Source: Escherichia phage AAPEc6 | Length of the DNA: 44,559 bases | Strand: one strand, 5' to 3' | Sequence record: NC_047769.1 | Shown: positions 1 to 9,004 of the stretch, piece after piece | Layout of the letters: each line of letters starts with the position of its first letter | Numbering within the stretch: position 1 is the stretch's first letter | Position numbers and translations under genes: made by a program | The notes under the pieces: generated by a model | Seen by the model: the letters and a program-made list of their open reading frames with translations, nothing else | The model's database searches: none | Told to the model about the DNA's origin: nothing

Positions 1-54
1 TCTGTTCGTTTCGTTCACTCCGCTTGCGCTACGTTCACTCGCTCACGTGTACCT

Positions 55-500
55 TAGGTTATTCCTTGATGGATGGCTTAGGTTAGCCTTAGTGGACTAC
101 CTTAGTTAAAGCCTTAGTGCTTCACTTAGTATCAGCTTAGTAGTGTACCTTAGTAAGTCTTAGTGTCTTCTCTTAGTGATTGCACATGCAAGCATGTGAG
201 ATGCCATTAGGTCGCGGTCGGTAGACCGCTAAAGAAGGGGAATAGTAATAAGATGCAGTAGGAGGAACACCAGAAACCTAGCCAACCTAGCCTATCCTAG
301 CTCTGTATCTATTGCTTTTCCTTAGTCTCACATGTTAGACAACCTATCTTATTCTTAGTGATGATAACTTAGTGTTGACAAGGTAATCTTAGTGTAATAC
401 TATGCATCACGTAGGCGGTGCTGAGGCACCTAGTAGCCAGCTAGTAAGGCATACGAAGAGACTAGCGCTTACATTGCTCTTTAACAATTTGCTTAGTGTA
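55..500 (+). repeat. Left-terminal array of short CTTAGT(G/A) repeats (about 14 copies), plus CGTTCACTC x2 at 12-40
   Basis: Repeated ccttagt/cttagtg motifs read directly in the first 500 bp; analogous short-repeat arrays flank T7-group genome ends. Confidence 0.6.
375..403 (+). promoter_or_regulatory. Candidate host sigma70 early promoter (TTGACA, 17-bp spacer, TACTAT)
   Basis: Perfect -35 hexamer with a 4/6 -10 hexamer at correct spacing, upstream of the first early ORFs. Confidence 0.3.
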
Positions 501-546
501 ACCTATGTATGCCGTGGTCAATTACTTATTGAATGAGGAATTAACT

Positions 547-726
547 ATGACATTAAACAACCGTGAACTGTCCGTTCTCTTCACTCTGTTGTGCTACATG
601 ATTCGTAACAACGAATTACTTACAGACGATGAGTTAGCCTTGTATCACCGCTTTCTTAACGAAGGTTGGATCGATACAGTTAATCAATACCGTAACATGA
701 TAGATGAGTTGAGGGAGGGTAAATAA
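547..726 (+). CDS. Hypothetical early protein (59 aa; ORF could start at 505)
   Basis: ORF track 505..726; internal ATG at 547 preceded by GAGGA at 535-539. Confidence 0.4.
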   Translation: MTLNNRELSVLFTLLCYMIRNNELLTDDELALYHRFLNEGWIDTVNQYRNMIDELREGK

Positions 727-950
727 TGTATCAACATGAGGTATTCTTTGAATCAGCTAGCGAAGCTATTCGCTTCCGTGATGATATGATGCAAGCTGGT
801 GTAGGCGTTGATGTGTATCACTATTTGATAGATTACGACACTGAATATCACCGAGTTACCTTAGTATCTGAGTATGACAACCAAGTCATTACTGAGTACC
901 TAGGCAGTGAAGATTACGATTACGATGAAGTAATCACGACAAATCTCTAA
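726..950 (+). CDS. Small acidic early protein (74 aa, D/E/Y-rich C-terminal half)
   Basis: ORF track; TAATG stop-start overlap with the upstream ORF suggests translational coupling. Confidence 0.45.
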   Translation: MYQHEVFFESASEAIRFRDDMMQAGVGVDVYHYLIDYDTEYHRVTLVSEYDNQVITEYLGSEDYDYDEVITTNL

Positions 951-958
951 ATTAACTG

Positions 959-987
959 TTGACAGCCACGGCATACAAGGTTACATT
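959..987 (+). promoter_or_regulatory. Candidate host sigma70 early promoter (TTGACA, 17-bp spacer, TACATT)
   Basis: Perfect -35 hexamer and plausible -10 hexamer in the early region. Confidence 0.3.
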
Positions 988-1079
988 AAGCATCAAGACG
1001 GCGACGTCTTTAAACATCCCGCTCTTTAACAATACGGTTTGTGTCTTGATAGGCTAACTAACTAACTAAGGTAATTATC

Positions 1080-1190
1080 ATGAAAGGTTTAATTTGTGTA
1101 GAACGTATGGTCAATGGTAAACTTGAAATATTACCACTGGAAAACCAATCTAGCTTCAAAGAGTGGTATGGCTGTTTCTCACTGATTTAA
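1080..1190 (+). CDS. Small ORF (36 aa)
   Basis: ATG at 1080 after the CTAACTAACTAA/AAGG element; below the ORF-track size cutoff. Confidence 0.25.
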   Translation: MKGLICVERMVNGKLEILPLENQSSFKEWYGCFSLI

Positions 1191-1340
1191 GGTAAAGGCT
1201 GGCACTAGTCAGCCTATCAAGGCGCAAACCAAGCTCTTTAACAATTTGGATAAAGCTTCTTAGTCTGGATAGGTTAAACCTAGGAGATTCTCTTGAGTCT
1301 CCTATAATGTAACCTAACTAACTAAATGAGGATTAATAAC

Positions 1341-1694
1341 ATGGCTATGTCTAATATGACTTACTCTCAGGTTTACAACACCGCTCATGCTGCATTAGTT
1401 GAACGCGTATGGGATGATGCCATTGATTGTATCGATAACGCACATGATGCAATCCATGAGGTGGCGGATAGTGCTGTACCAATCTATTATGCTGACATCT
1501 TCTCGGTGATGGCCAGTGAAGGAATCGACCACTTCTTCGAGGATTCTGGCTTAATGCCAGACACTAAGGATGTGACGGTCGTACTACAAGCCCGTATTTA
1601 TGAACAACTCACCATTGATTTATGGGAACGTGTTCAAGATATGATTGATGCGTACATCGATTCCGCTGAGGATTCAGAAGAAGAGGAAGAATAA
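1341..1694 (+). CDS. ocr: Ocr-like anti-restriction DNA mimic (T7 gp0.3 homolog)
   Basis: Translation MAMSNMTY...[19 protein letters not shown]...[12 protein letters not shown]...[15 protein letters not shown] with poly-Glu tail closely matches T7 Ocr as remembered; GAGGA 8 nt upstream of the ATG at 1341 (ORF track starts at 1326). Confidence 0.9.
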   Translation: MAMSNMTYSQVYNTAHAALVERVWDDAIDCIDNAHDAIHEVADSAVPIYYADIFSVMASEGIDHFFEDSGLMPDTKDVTVVLQARIYEQLTIDLWERVQDMIDAYIDSAEDSEEEEE

Positions 1695-1696
1695 GG

Positions 1697-1810
1697 ATGG
1701 AAAAGCAATATAACTTTATCTTTTCAGACGGTGTAACCCTGAAGTGTTCCCTACGATTCGCACAAATTCGTGAGGAAGTACTAGGCACTACATACAAACT
1801 ATTTAGCTGA
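1697..1810 (+). CDS. Small ORF (37 aa) directly after ocr
   Basis: ATG at 1697 with an upstream purine-rich stretch; position analogous to the small genes after T7 0.3; weak. Confidence 0.2.
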   Translation: MEKQYNFIFSDGVTLKCSLRFAQIREEVLGTTYKLFS

Positions 1811-1825
1811 CACTATAAGAGAAGG
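1801..1825 (+). promoter_or_regulatory. Variant phage-type promoter (ATTTAGCTGACACTATAAGAGAAGG)
   Basis: Keeps the GACACTATA core but deviates around +1; possibly a weak or early-class promoter. Confidence 0.35.
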
Positions 1826-1886
1826 CTTAACAAGGCGTTGCTACGGTAGCGCCTGATTAAACTTTCACTTACTAGGAGTTAAGATT

Positions 1887-2114
1887 ATGGATTTAGATAG
1901 CATCATTATGGCGTTTGCTCTTATTGGCTTAAGCTGGTGCTCCTATCACCTTTACCGTGAGTTCTTATTTGATAAAGCTAAACGCAAACTAAGAAAGGAA
2001 GGCGGTAATTACCTTTGTGTAAGAGGTGGGCTTGTAGAATACATTGCACCTAACGGCACGGAATGCGCCATTAGCAAAGATGCATTTATAGAGACGTGGC
2101 ATTACATCAAGTAA
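1887..2114 (+). CDS. Small early membrane protein (75 aa, N-terminal hydrophobic helix)
   Basis: ORF track; AGGAG 8 nt upstream of the ATG. Confidence 0.45.
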   Translation: MDLDSIIMAFALIGLSWCSYHLYREFLFDKAKRKLRKEGGNYLCVRGGLVEYIAPNGTECAISKDAFIETWHYIK

Positions 2115-2147
2115 CTAGCCTATAGCCTGCCTGAGTGGGCTATGTGA

Positions 2148-2170
2148 TATTTACTTACACTATAAGGTGA
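2148..2170 (+). promoter_or_regulatory. Degenerate phage-type promoter (ATTTACTT-ACACTATAAGG)
   Basis: One-base deletion relative to the consensus; upstream of the 307-aa early gene. Confidence 0.25.
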
Positions 2171-2175
2171 TTAAT

Positions 2176-3099
2176 ATGACTGCTGAAAACATCATTCTGT
2201 CTGTTCGTGAAGCTGCAACCACTGAAATCAAGCAACACTTAGACAATATCGGCACTTCTTACATCAAAGTTGGCGCTTGTCTGAATGAATTACGCGGTGA
2301 TTTCGAAGGTCAAAAAGACTTTTTAGCTTATGTAGAATCAGAGTTCGGCATCAAGAAAGCACAATGCTACAAGCTGATGAGTGTAGCCCGTGTCTTTGAA
2401 GGAGATGAACGCTTTAAAGGTGTGGCTATGCGTGTAATGCTGGCGCTCGTTCCTTTCGCTGATGAGAATATAATCATGGAGAAGGCCGCAGAACTCGCCG
2501 CAGATGGCAAGCTGGACACTAATGCCGTAAATGCCCTGATTGATCCTAAGAAAGAGACAAAGGCCGAGACGGTACAATCTAAGGCTGAGGCGGTAAAACC
2601 GCAGGAGAATGCGACTGAGGCCGCAGAAACTATGCAAGGACATGCGACCTTTGAGGATTTCATCTTAGAGAAGGCGAAAGAGGAGTTACAAAGTGTGCCG
2701 CCAGTAAGTGAGTCGGGTAACGACGAATCCGCACCGTGGGAAGATGAAAGCAAGCCGGAAGCGCCTAAGGCCGCGCCACTGGATAACACGGCTAACACCG
2801 AGAATGCCGCTATTGCTGGTCTGCTGGCACAAATTAAAGCACTGACTGAGCAATTACAGGCAGCCAATGACCGCATCGCCTCCTTAAGTAGCGCACGCGA
2901 AAGCAAGAAAGCAGCCGCGCCTATGCTGCCGCAATTCAAATCTTCCTGCTTCTATGCTCGCTTAGGTTTAAGCGCTGAGGAGGCAACGAAGAAAACAGCA
3001 GTTAACAAGGCACGCCGCGAACTGGTTAAGCTGGGATACGGTGAAGGCCATGAGGCATGGCCCTTAATCTCTGAGGCAGTAGAAGAGTTGACTAAGTAA
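2176..3099 (+). CDS. Early protein of unknown function (307 aa; folded N-domain, acidic linker, C-terminal coiled coil)
   Basis: ORF track 2167..3099 (GTG); ATG at 2176 after AAGGTGA; sits where T7 has the 0.7 kinase but shows no kinase motifs. Confidence 0.6.
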   Translation: MTAENIILSVREAATTEIKQHLDNIGTSYIKVGACLNELRGDFEGQKDFLAYVESEFGIKKAQCYKLMSVARVFEGDERFKGVAMRVMLALVPFADENIIMEKAAELAADGKLDTNAVNALIDPKKETKAETVQSKAEAVKPQENATEAAETMQGHATFEDFILEKAKEELQSVPPVSESGNDESAPWEDESKPEAPKAAPLDNTANTENAAIAGLLAQIKALTEQLQAANDRIASLSSARESKKAAAPMLPQFKSSCFYARLGLSAEEATKKTAVNKARRELVKLGYGEGHEAWPLISEAVEELTK

Positions 3100-3162
3100 C
3101 CTTATCGGTGGCATCTTCTTAGGTGTCACCTATTAAGGTTTCTTTCACTAGGAGTAAACAAG

Positions 3163-5790
3163 ATGCAAGACCTACACGCTATTCAACTTCAACTTGAAGA
3201 AGAAATGTTTAACGGCGGTATCCGTCGCTTTGAAGCGGACCAACAACGCCAGATTGCATCCGGTAATGAATCAGACACGGCATGGAATCGCCGCTTATTG
3301 TCCGAGTTAATCGCGCCAATGGCTGAAGGTATTCAGGCATACAAGGAAGAGTATGAAGGTAAAAGAGGCCGTGCACCGCGTGCATTAGCTTTCATTAACT
3401 GCGTAGAAAACGAAGTGGCAGCATATATCACGATGAAAATCGTTATGGATATGCTGAACACGGATGTAACCTTGCAGGCTATAGCCATGAATGTAGCTGA
3501 CCGCATTGAGGACCAAGTACGTTTTAGCAAGCTGGAAGGTCACGCCGCCAAATACTTTGAAAAAGTTAAGAAGTCACTTAAGGCAAGTAAGACTAAATCA
3601 TATCGCCATGCGCACAATGTAGCGGTAGTGGCTGAAAAGTCTGTCGCTGACCGTGATGCGGACTTCTCCCGCTGGGAGGCATGGCCTAAAGATACCTTGT
3701 TGCAAATAGGCATGACCTTGCTAGAAATCTTGGAGAATAGCGTATTCTTCAACGGGCAACCTGTTTTCCTTCGTACCTTGCGCACTAACGGCGGCAAGCA
3801 TGGCGTTTACTACTTACAGACTAGCGAACACGTGGGTGAATGGATAACTGCATTTAAAGAGCACGTAGCTCAGCTGAGTCCAGCCTATGCACCTTGCGTT
3901 ATTCCTCCGCGTCCGTGGGTTTCTCCGTTTAATGGTGGCTTTCACACCGAGAAGGTGGCAAGTCGCATCCGTCTAGTAAAAGGTAACCGCGAGCACGTCC
4001 GCAAGCTGACTAAAAAGCAAATGCCAGCGGTTTATAAGGCTGTTAATGCATTGCAAGCCACTAAATGGCAGGTTAACAAGGAAGTGTTGCAGGTAGTAGA
4101 AGATGTTATTCGTCTAGACCTCGGTTATGGTGTACCTTCCTTTAAGCCGCTCATTGACCGCGAGAACAAACCAGCTAACCCTGTTCCTCTTGAGTTCCAA
4201 CACCTGCGAGGCCGTGAACTGAAAGAGATGCTTACGCCAGAACAGTGGCAAGCTTTTATAAACTGGAAAGGAGAATGTACCAAGCTGTATACCGCTGAAA
4301 CTAAGCGCGGAAGCAAGTCGGCGGCAACCGTTCGCATGGTTGGACAGGCCCGTAAATACAGCCAGTTTGACGCAATTTATTTTGTGTATGCACTGGACAG
4401 CCGCAGCCGTGTATACGCGCAATCTAGCACGCTCTCGCCGCAATCAAATGACTTAGGCAAGGCATTGCTCCGTTTTACCGAAGGGCAGCGTCTTGATAGC
4501 GCTGAGGCGCTTAAGTGGTTTTTGGTGAACGGGGCGAATAACTGGGGTTGGGATAAGAAAACTTTTGACGTGCGCACCGCTAACGTGCTGGACGGCGAGT
4601 TTCAAGACATGTGCCGCGACATTGCAGCCGACCCGCTGACCTTCACTCAATGGGTAAATGCCGACTCCCCTTACGGCTTCCTTGCATGGTGCTTTGAATA
4701 TGCGCGTTATCTTGATGCACTGGATGAAGGCACGCAAGACCAATTCATGACGCACCTCCCAGTCCATCAAGATGGTAGTTGTTCTGGTATACAGCACTAC
4801 AGTGCTATGCTACGCGATGCAGTAGGTGCGAAAGCAGTAAACCTTAAGCCCTCTGACTCTCCTCAAGATATTTATGGTGCCGTTGCGCAGGTAGTAATTC
4901 AGAAGAATTATGCATACATGAATGCAGAGGCTGCGGAAACCTTCACTTCTGGCAGCGTGACTTTAACAGGTGCGGAACTGCGTAGTATGGCTAGTGCGTG
5001 GGATATGATAGGAATCACTCGCGGCCTAACCAAAAAGCCCGTAATGACACTACCTTATGGCAGCACACGTCTAACCTGCCGTGAGTCAGTGATTGATTAT
5101 ATCGTTGATTTAGAAGAAAAAGAGGCCCAACGGGCTATTGCGGAAGGGCGTACCGCCAATCCTGTACACCCTTTTGATAATGACCGTAAAGACAGCCTTA
5201 CACCTAGCGCAGCTTATAACTATATGACAGCTTTAATCTGGCCTTCTATTTCGGAAGTGGTTAAAGCTCCTATAGTGGCAATGAAAATGATTCGTCAGCT
5301 TGCCCGTTTCGCAGCTAAAAGGAATGAAGGCCTAGAGTATACCCTGCCTACTGGCTTCATCTTGCAACAAAAGATTATGGCTACTGATATGCTCCGCGTA
5401 TCTACTTGCTTGATGGGAGAAATCAAGATGAGTCTACAGATTGAAACAGACGTAGTGGATGAAACGGCAATGATGGGCGCTGCTGCTCCTAACTTTGTGC
5501 ATGGTCATGATGCCAGCCACCTTATCTTAACAGTCTGCGACCTTGTTGATAAAGGGATTACATCTATCGCAGTTATTCATGACTCTTTTGGCACTCATGC
5601 AGGCCGTACAGCCGACCTTCGTGATAGCTTAAGGGCAGAAATGGTGAAGATGTATCAAGGCCGTAATGCGCTGCAAAGCCTGCTAGATGAGCACGAAGAA
5701 CGCTGGTTAGTTGATACCGGAATACAAGTACCAGAGCAAGGGGAGTTTGACCTTAACGAAATCTTAGTTTCAGACTATTGCTTCGCATAA
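3163..5790 (+). CDS. Single-subunit DNA-directed RNA polymerase (T7 gene 1 family)
   Basis: 875 aa; motifs [29 protein letters not shown] and C-terminal ...DYCFA match T7/SP6-type RNAPs; AGGAG RBS. Confidence 0.97.
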   Translation: MQDLHAIQLQLEEEMFNGGIRRFEADQQRQIASGNESDTAWNRRLLSELIAPMAEGIQAYKEEYEGKRGRAPRALAFINCVENEVAAYITMKIVMDMLNTDVTLQAIAMNVADRIEDQVRFSKLEGHAAKYFEKVKKSLKASKTKSYRHAHNVAVVAEKSVADRDADFSRWEAWPKDTLLQIGMTLLEILENSVFFNGQPVFLRTLRTNGGKHGVYYLQTSEHVGEWITAFKEHVAQLSPAYAPCVIPPRPWVSPFNGGFHTEKVASRIRLVKGNREHVRKLTKKQMPAVYKAVNALQATKWQVNKEVLQVVEDVIRLDLGYGVPSFKPLIDRENKPANPVPLEFQHLRGRELKEMLTPEQWQAFINWKGECTKLYTAETKRGSKSAATVRMVGQARKYSQFDAIYFVYALDSRSRVYAQSSTLSPQSNDLGKALLRFTEGQRLDSAEALKWFLVNGANNWGWDKKTFDVRTANVLDGEFQDMCRDIAADPLTFTQWVNADSPYGFLAWCFEYARYLDALDEGTQDQFMTHLPVHQDGSCSGIQHYSAMLRDAVGAKAVNLKPSDSPQDIYGAVAQVVIQKNYAYMNAEAAETFTSGSVTLTGAELRSMASAWDMIGITRGLTKKPVMTLPYGSTRLTCRESVIDYIVDLEEKEAQRAIAEGRTANPVHPFDNDRKDSLTPSAAYNYMTALIWPSISEVVKAPIVAMKMIRQLARFAAKRNEGLEYTLPTGFILQQKIMATDMLRVSTCLMGEIKMSLQIETDVVDETAMMGAAAPNFVHGHDASHLILTVCDLVDKGITSIAVIHDSFGTHAGRTADLRDSLRAEMVKMYQGRNALQSLLDEHEERWLVDTGIQVPEQGEFDLNEILVSDYCFA

Positions 5791-5863
5791 TATTAATAGG
5801 CCATTCCTTCGGGAGTGGCCTTTCTTTTACCTACTACCTGTAACATTTCATTAACATAAAAGT

Positions 5864-5879
5864 GTCTCACATGTGAGAC
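5864..5879 (+). repeat. 16-bp perfect palindrome GTCTCACATGTGAGAC (copy 1), just upstream of a promoter
   Basis: Read directly; identical to the copies at 6045, 8256 and 30670. Confidence 0.9.
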
Positions 5880-5881
5880 TT

Positions 5882-5903
5882 ATTTACCGGACACTATAGG
5901 ATA
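5882..5903 (+). promoter_or_regulatory. Phage RNAP promoter (ATTTACCGGACACTATAGGATA)
   Basis: Matches the window consensus ATTTACTGGACACTATAGAAG at most positions. Confidence 0.6.
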
Positions 5904-5940
5904 ACCGTCGGAGACGGGAAAGAAAGGGAAGATAAAGGAT

Positions 5941-6000
5941 ATAAAGGAAGTAATAGGTATTAAAGGTTATATAGGTTATCTAGGAATACCTATTACCTTC
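5941..6000 (+). other. AT-rich block with phased TAGGT(A/T)A repeats and an 11-bp inverted repeat (GTAATAGGTAT ... ATACCTATTAC); candidate replication origin or RNase III site
   Basis: Inverted repeat read directly (5950-5960 pairs with 5986-5996); position between RNAP and gene 1.1 with two flanking promoters mirrors the T7 primary origin. Confidence 0.45.
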
Positions 6001-6044
6001 TTCCTTCCTCTTATTACCACTCAGAGGAAGGGCAGACCTAGGTT

Positions 6045-6060
6045 GTCTCACATGTGAGAC
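6045..6060 (+). repeat. 16-bp palindrome GTCTCACATGTGAGAC (copy 2)
   Basis: Read directly. Confidence 0.9.
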
Positions 6061-6065
6061 TTCGT

Positions 6066-6088
6066 ATTTACCGGACAGTATAGATAAG
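6066..6088 (+). promoter_or_regulatory. Variant phage promoter (ATTTACCGGACAGTATAGATAAG)
   Basis: Consensus-like with CAGTATAGA replacing CACTATAGA. Confidence 0.45.
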
Positions 6089-6113
6089 ATTAACTCACTT
6101 TGGAGATTTAACC

Positions 6114-6242
6114 ATGCGCAACTTTGAGAAGATGGCCCGTAAAGCTAACCGTTTTGACATGGAAGAGGGGCAGAAGAAAGGCAAGAAGCTGAATAAGCCT
6201 GTCCGTGACCGTGCATCTAAACGCGCTGCGTGGGAGTTCTAA
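6114..6242 (+). CDS. Gene 1.1-like small basic protein (42 aa)
   Basis: Translation MRNFEKMARKANRFDMEEGQKKGKKLNKPVRDRASKRAAWEF resembles T7 gp1.1 (MRNFEKM...KLNK..RDR..KR..WE) as remembered; GGAG RBS; below the ORF-track cutoff. Confidence 0.7.
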   Translation: MRNFEKMARKANRFDMEEGQKKGKKLNKPVRDRASKRAAWEF

Positions 6243-6245
6243 GTT

Positions 6246-8234
6246 ATGGCTATTATTCAGAATGTACCGTGTCCTGCCTGTCAAAAGAATGGACATGATA
6301 TTACTGGCAACCATCTCATGATATTTGATGATGGTGCTGGCTACTGTAATCGTGGACACTTTCATGATAATGGTAGACCTTACTATCACAAGCCGGAAGG
6401 TGGCATCGAGATAACCGAGTTACCTATTACTGGCAATATCAAATATACACCTTCTCAATTCAAAGAAATGGAGAAGGAAGGGAAGATAAGCGACCCTAAA
6501 TTACGTGCCATCGCACTAGGTGGTATGCGTATGAAAGACCGTTGGGAGGTCATGAATGAGCAAGAAAGGGCAGACCAAGAAGCAGAGTGGAAACTTGATG
6601 TTGAATGGTTCCTTACGCTTAAGCGTAAGAACCTTGTTTCCCGACACATTCGCGGCGACATTTGCGCATTGTATGATGTACGTGTCGGACACGATGAAGA
6701 GGGTAGAGTCTCGAGGCATTACTATCCACGCTTCGAGAAAGGTGAGCTAGTAGGCGCTAAGTGTCGCACATTACCTAAAGACTTTAAGTTTGGTCATTTA
6801 GGTAAACTCTTTGGTATGCAAGATCTTTTCGGGATGAATACTTTGTCTCACGTGTTAGACAAGGGAAGACGAAAGGATTGCTTGCTTATTGTGGGTGGGG
6901 AACTGGATGCGCTAGCAGCGCAGCAGATGCTCCTTGATTCTGCCAAGGGTACTAAGTGGGAAGGCCAACCTTACCATGTATGGTCTGTTAACAAAGGGGA
7001 GTCTTGCCTTGAAGAGATTGTGCAGAACCGTGAACACATCGCCCAATTCAAGAAGATTATTTGGGGCTTCGATGGGGATGAGGTAGGGCAGAAGCAGAAC
7101 CAGCAAGCGGCTCGCCTGTTTCCTGGCAAATCCTATATCCTTGAGTACCCTTCTGGCTGCAAAGATGCCAACAAGGCATTGATGGCTGGCAAGGCTAAAG
7201 AGTTTGTTGATGCATGGTTTAATGCCAAGCCATCTGATGAAGTCTTTGGTAGCCAGATTAAATCTATCGCATCTCAAAGGGATAAGCTCAAGGCTGCACG
7301 TCCAGAGCAAGGACTATCATGGCCTTGGCCTAAGCTGAACAAGGTAACGCTAGGTATTCGTAAGAACCAGCTTATCATTGTAGGTGCAGGGTCTGGTGTA
7401 GGTAAGACTGAGTTCCTTCGTGAAGTAGTTAAGCACCTCATTGAAGAACACGGTGAATCTGTGGGCATCATTTCTACAGAAGACCCGATGGTCAAGGTGT
7501 CCCGTGCTTTTATCGGCAAGTGGATTGATAAGCGTATTGAGTTACCTCCAACCAACGACCCGAAAGAAGACGGATACCGTGAGGTGTTCGACTATACCGA
7601 GGAAGAAGCTAACGCCGCCATTGATTATGTAGCTGATACAGGTAAGCTGTTTGTAGCTGACCTAGAGGGTGACTATTCGATGGAAAAGGTAGAGCAAACT
7701 TGCCTAGAGTTTGAGGCTATGGGTATTTCTAATATCATCATTGATAACTTAACGGGGATTAAATTAGATGAGCGTGCTTTTGGTGGGAAGGTTGGTGCAC
7801 TTGATGAATGCGTCAAGCGGATTGGTACTATCAAAGACCGACACCCGGTTACTATATTCCTTGTATCACACCTTACACGTCCTCCGGCAAACCGTACCCA
7901 ACACGAAGAAGGTGGCGAAGTTATCCTTTCTGACTTCCGAGGCTCAGGCGCTATCGGATTCTGGGCATCTTACGCCTTGGGGATTGAGCGTAATACAAGA
8001 GCTGAAACGCTTGACGAAAGGACTACCACGTACATCTCATGTGTCAAAGACCGCGACCAAGGTATCTACACTGGAACCAAGGTCATGCTTAAGGGTGACA
8101 TTCAAACCGGACGTTTAATGGAACCACAAGCCCGTACTAAGTCATTTGATACAGGTGAAGCAAGGCAACAAGAAGTACCAGATTTACCGGACACTATAGA
8201 AGAGACTAACTTCGATGAAGAAAGTGAGTTCTGA
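6246..8234 (+). CDS. DNA primase/helicase (T7 gp4-like)
   Basis: 662 aa; N-terminal zinc ribbon (CPAC...C..GHFH), Walker A GAGSGVGKT, acidic C-terminus ending ...FDEESEF. Confidence 0.95.
   Translation: MAIIQNVPCPACQKNGHDITGNHLMIFDDGAGYCNRGHFHDNGRPYYHKPEGGIEITELPITGNIKYTPSQFKEMEKEGKISDPKLRAIALGGMRMKDRWEVMNEQERADQEAEWKLDVEWFLTLKRKNLVSRHIRGDICALYDVRVGHDEEGRVSRHYYPRFEKGELVGAKCRTLPKDFKFGHLGKLFGMQDLFGMNTLSHVLDKGRRKDCLLIVGGELDALAAQQMLLDSAKGTKWEGQPYHVWSVNKGESCLEEIVQNREHIAQFKKIIWGFDGDEVGQKQNQQAARLFPGKSYILEYPSGCKDANKALMAGKAKEFVDAWFNAKPSDEVFGSQIKSIASQRDKLKAARPEQGLSWPWPKLNKVTLGIRKNQLIIVGAGSGVGKTEFLREVVKHLIEEHGESVGIISTEDPMVKVSRAFIGKWIDKRIELPPTNDPKEDGYREVFDYTEEEANAAIDYVADTGKLFVADLEGDYSMEKVEQTCLEFEAMGISNIIIDNLTGIKLDERAFGGKVGALDECVKRIGTIKDRHPVTIFLVSHLTRPPANRTQHEEGGEVILSDFRGSGAIGFWASYALGIERNTRAETLDERTTTYISCVKDRDQGIYTGTKVMLKGDIQTGRLMEPQARTKSFDTGEARQQEVPDLPDTIEETNFDEESEF
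6845..6860 (+). repeat. Palindrome variant GTCTCACGTGTTAGAC inside the primase-helicase CDS
   Basis: Read directly; one mismatch from the perfect palindrome. Confidence 0.6.
8182..8204 (+). promoter_or_regulatory. Phage promoter (ATTTACCGGACACTATAGAAGAG) embedded in the helicase C-terminal codons
   Basis: Near-consensus; encodes ...DLPDTIEET... Confidence 0.6.
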
Positions 8235-8255
8235 TTAGTGTATTTATCAGGGCTT

Positions 8256-8271
8256 GTCTCACATGTGAGAC
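8256..8271 (+). repeat. 16-bp palindrome (copy 3) with conserved flanks ggcttGTCTCACATGTGAGACagg, downstream of the helicase
   Basis: Read directly; followed by a T-rich stretch, hairpin/terminator-like. Confidence 0.9.
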
Positions 8272-8310
8272 AGGCTCTTATTAAGTACATTAAATAACTG
8301 GAGATTGATT

Positions 8311-8994
8311 ATGTATAACTTAGTGTTGAATGTAGGTGACTTTGTACGCAACATCAAGAAAGATTCAAGTCGCTATCTTTGCCGTGGTGTTGTAACCTTT
8401 GTAGGTGAGAACCTGTATTATGTAGAATATCGCAGTGGTGTTAAGCAATATTACCACAAGAAGACAGCACATAAATATCTTGAAAAGATTGTAGAGATAA
8501 ACAATCAATGTAAGTGCATACATGATGAGGTTTGCGATAAATGTGCTCGCCAGATGCTTAAGAATTTCCTAGCTCCTCTTTATTATGGTGCTGGCCCTCA
8601 AACACTAGCAGAGTACATGGCAGAAAAGAAAACCACACTCAAGAAAGAGCGTCGCAATGTAATCACTGGTAAGACTCAAAGTGAGATGATTAAGCAATGT
8701 GGCACTGCATTAGGTGTTACGCAGTTTAATACTCGTTCATTGGGTAAATCCACAGGGCAAGCTATGGTAAAGATTGGCGAAGCCATGATGCATCCAAATG
8801 TACCTGTACGAATCATGGATGTTGACCATGCAATCACAGAACACGGTACGCAACGACGTGTAATTAATAAGCATTTTGCCGACACTATAGAAGGTATTAT
8901 TCGTAAGCAAGAGTTGAAGGGTCTTCACATCTTAAATGGTGAAGAATTACTGTACCTACCTATCGTTACTGAAGAAACATACGTGAATATCTAA
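8311..8994 (+). CDS. Hypothetical protein with Cys cluster (CKCIHDEVCDKC), 228 aa
   Basis: ORF track 8305..8994 (TTG); ATG at 8311. Confidence 0.6.
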   Translation: MYNLVLNVGDFVRNIKKDSSRYLCRGVVTFVGENLYYVEYRSGVKQYYHKKTAHKYLEKIVEINNQCKCIHDEVCDKCARQMLKNFLAPLYYGAGPQTLAEYMAEKKTTLKKERRNVITGKTQSEMIKQCGTALGVTQFNTRSLGKSTGQAMVKIGEAMMHPNVPVRIMDVDHAITEHGTQRRVINKHFADTIEGIIRKQELKGLHILNGEELLYLPIVTEETYVNI

Positions 8995-9004
8995 GGAGTT
9001 AATC

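Noticed and set aside
1-160. Direct terminal repeat (left end duplicated at the right end)
   Set aside because: The first and last ~150 bp are not the same sequence; only the short CTTAGTG motif family is shared, so a terminal redundancy cannot be defined from this window.
55-500. Possibility that the CTTAGTG repeat array is a CRISPR array
   Set aside because: Units are 7-bp motifs with irregular spacing, with no 25-40 bp repeats or regular spacers; this is a terminal-repeat array typical of T7-like genome ends.
2367-2939. 190-aa minus-strand ORF (and the 101-aa ORF at 2338-2643) inside the early 307-aa gene
   Set aside because: Lies entirely antisense to a + strand gene, low-complexity Ser/Ala/Leu-rich translation, no RBS; typical shadow ORF in a genome with strictly one-strand organisation.
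8873-8896. Promoter-like ATTTTGCCGACACTATAGAAGG inside the 228-aa gene
   Set aside because: Four mismatches in the upstream specificity region relative to the consensus; likely non-functional.
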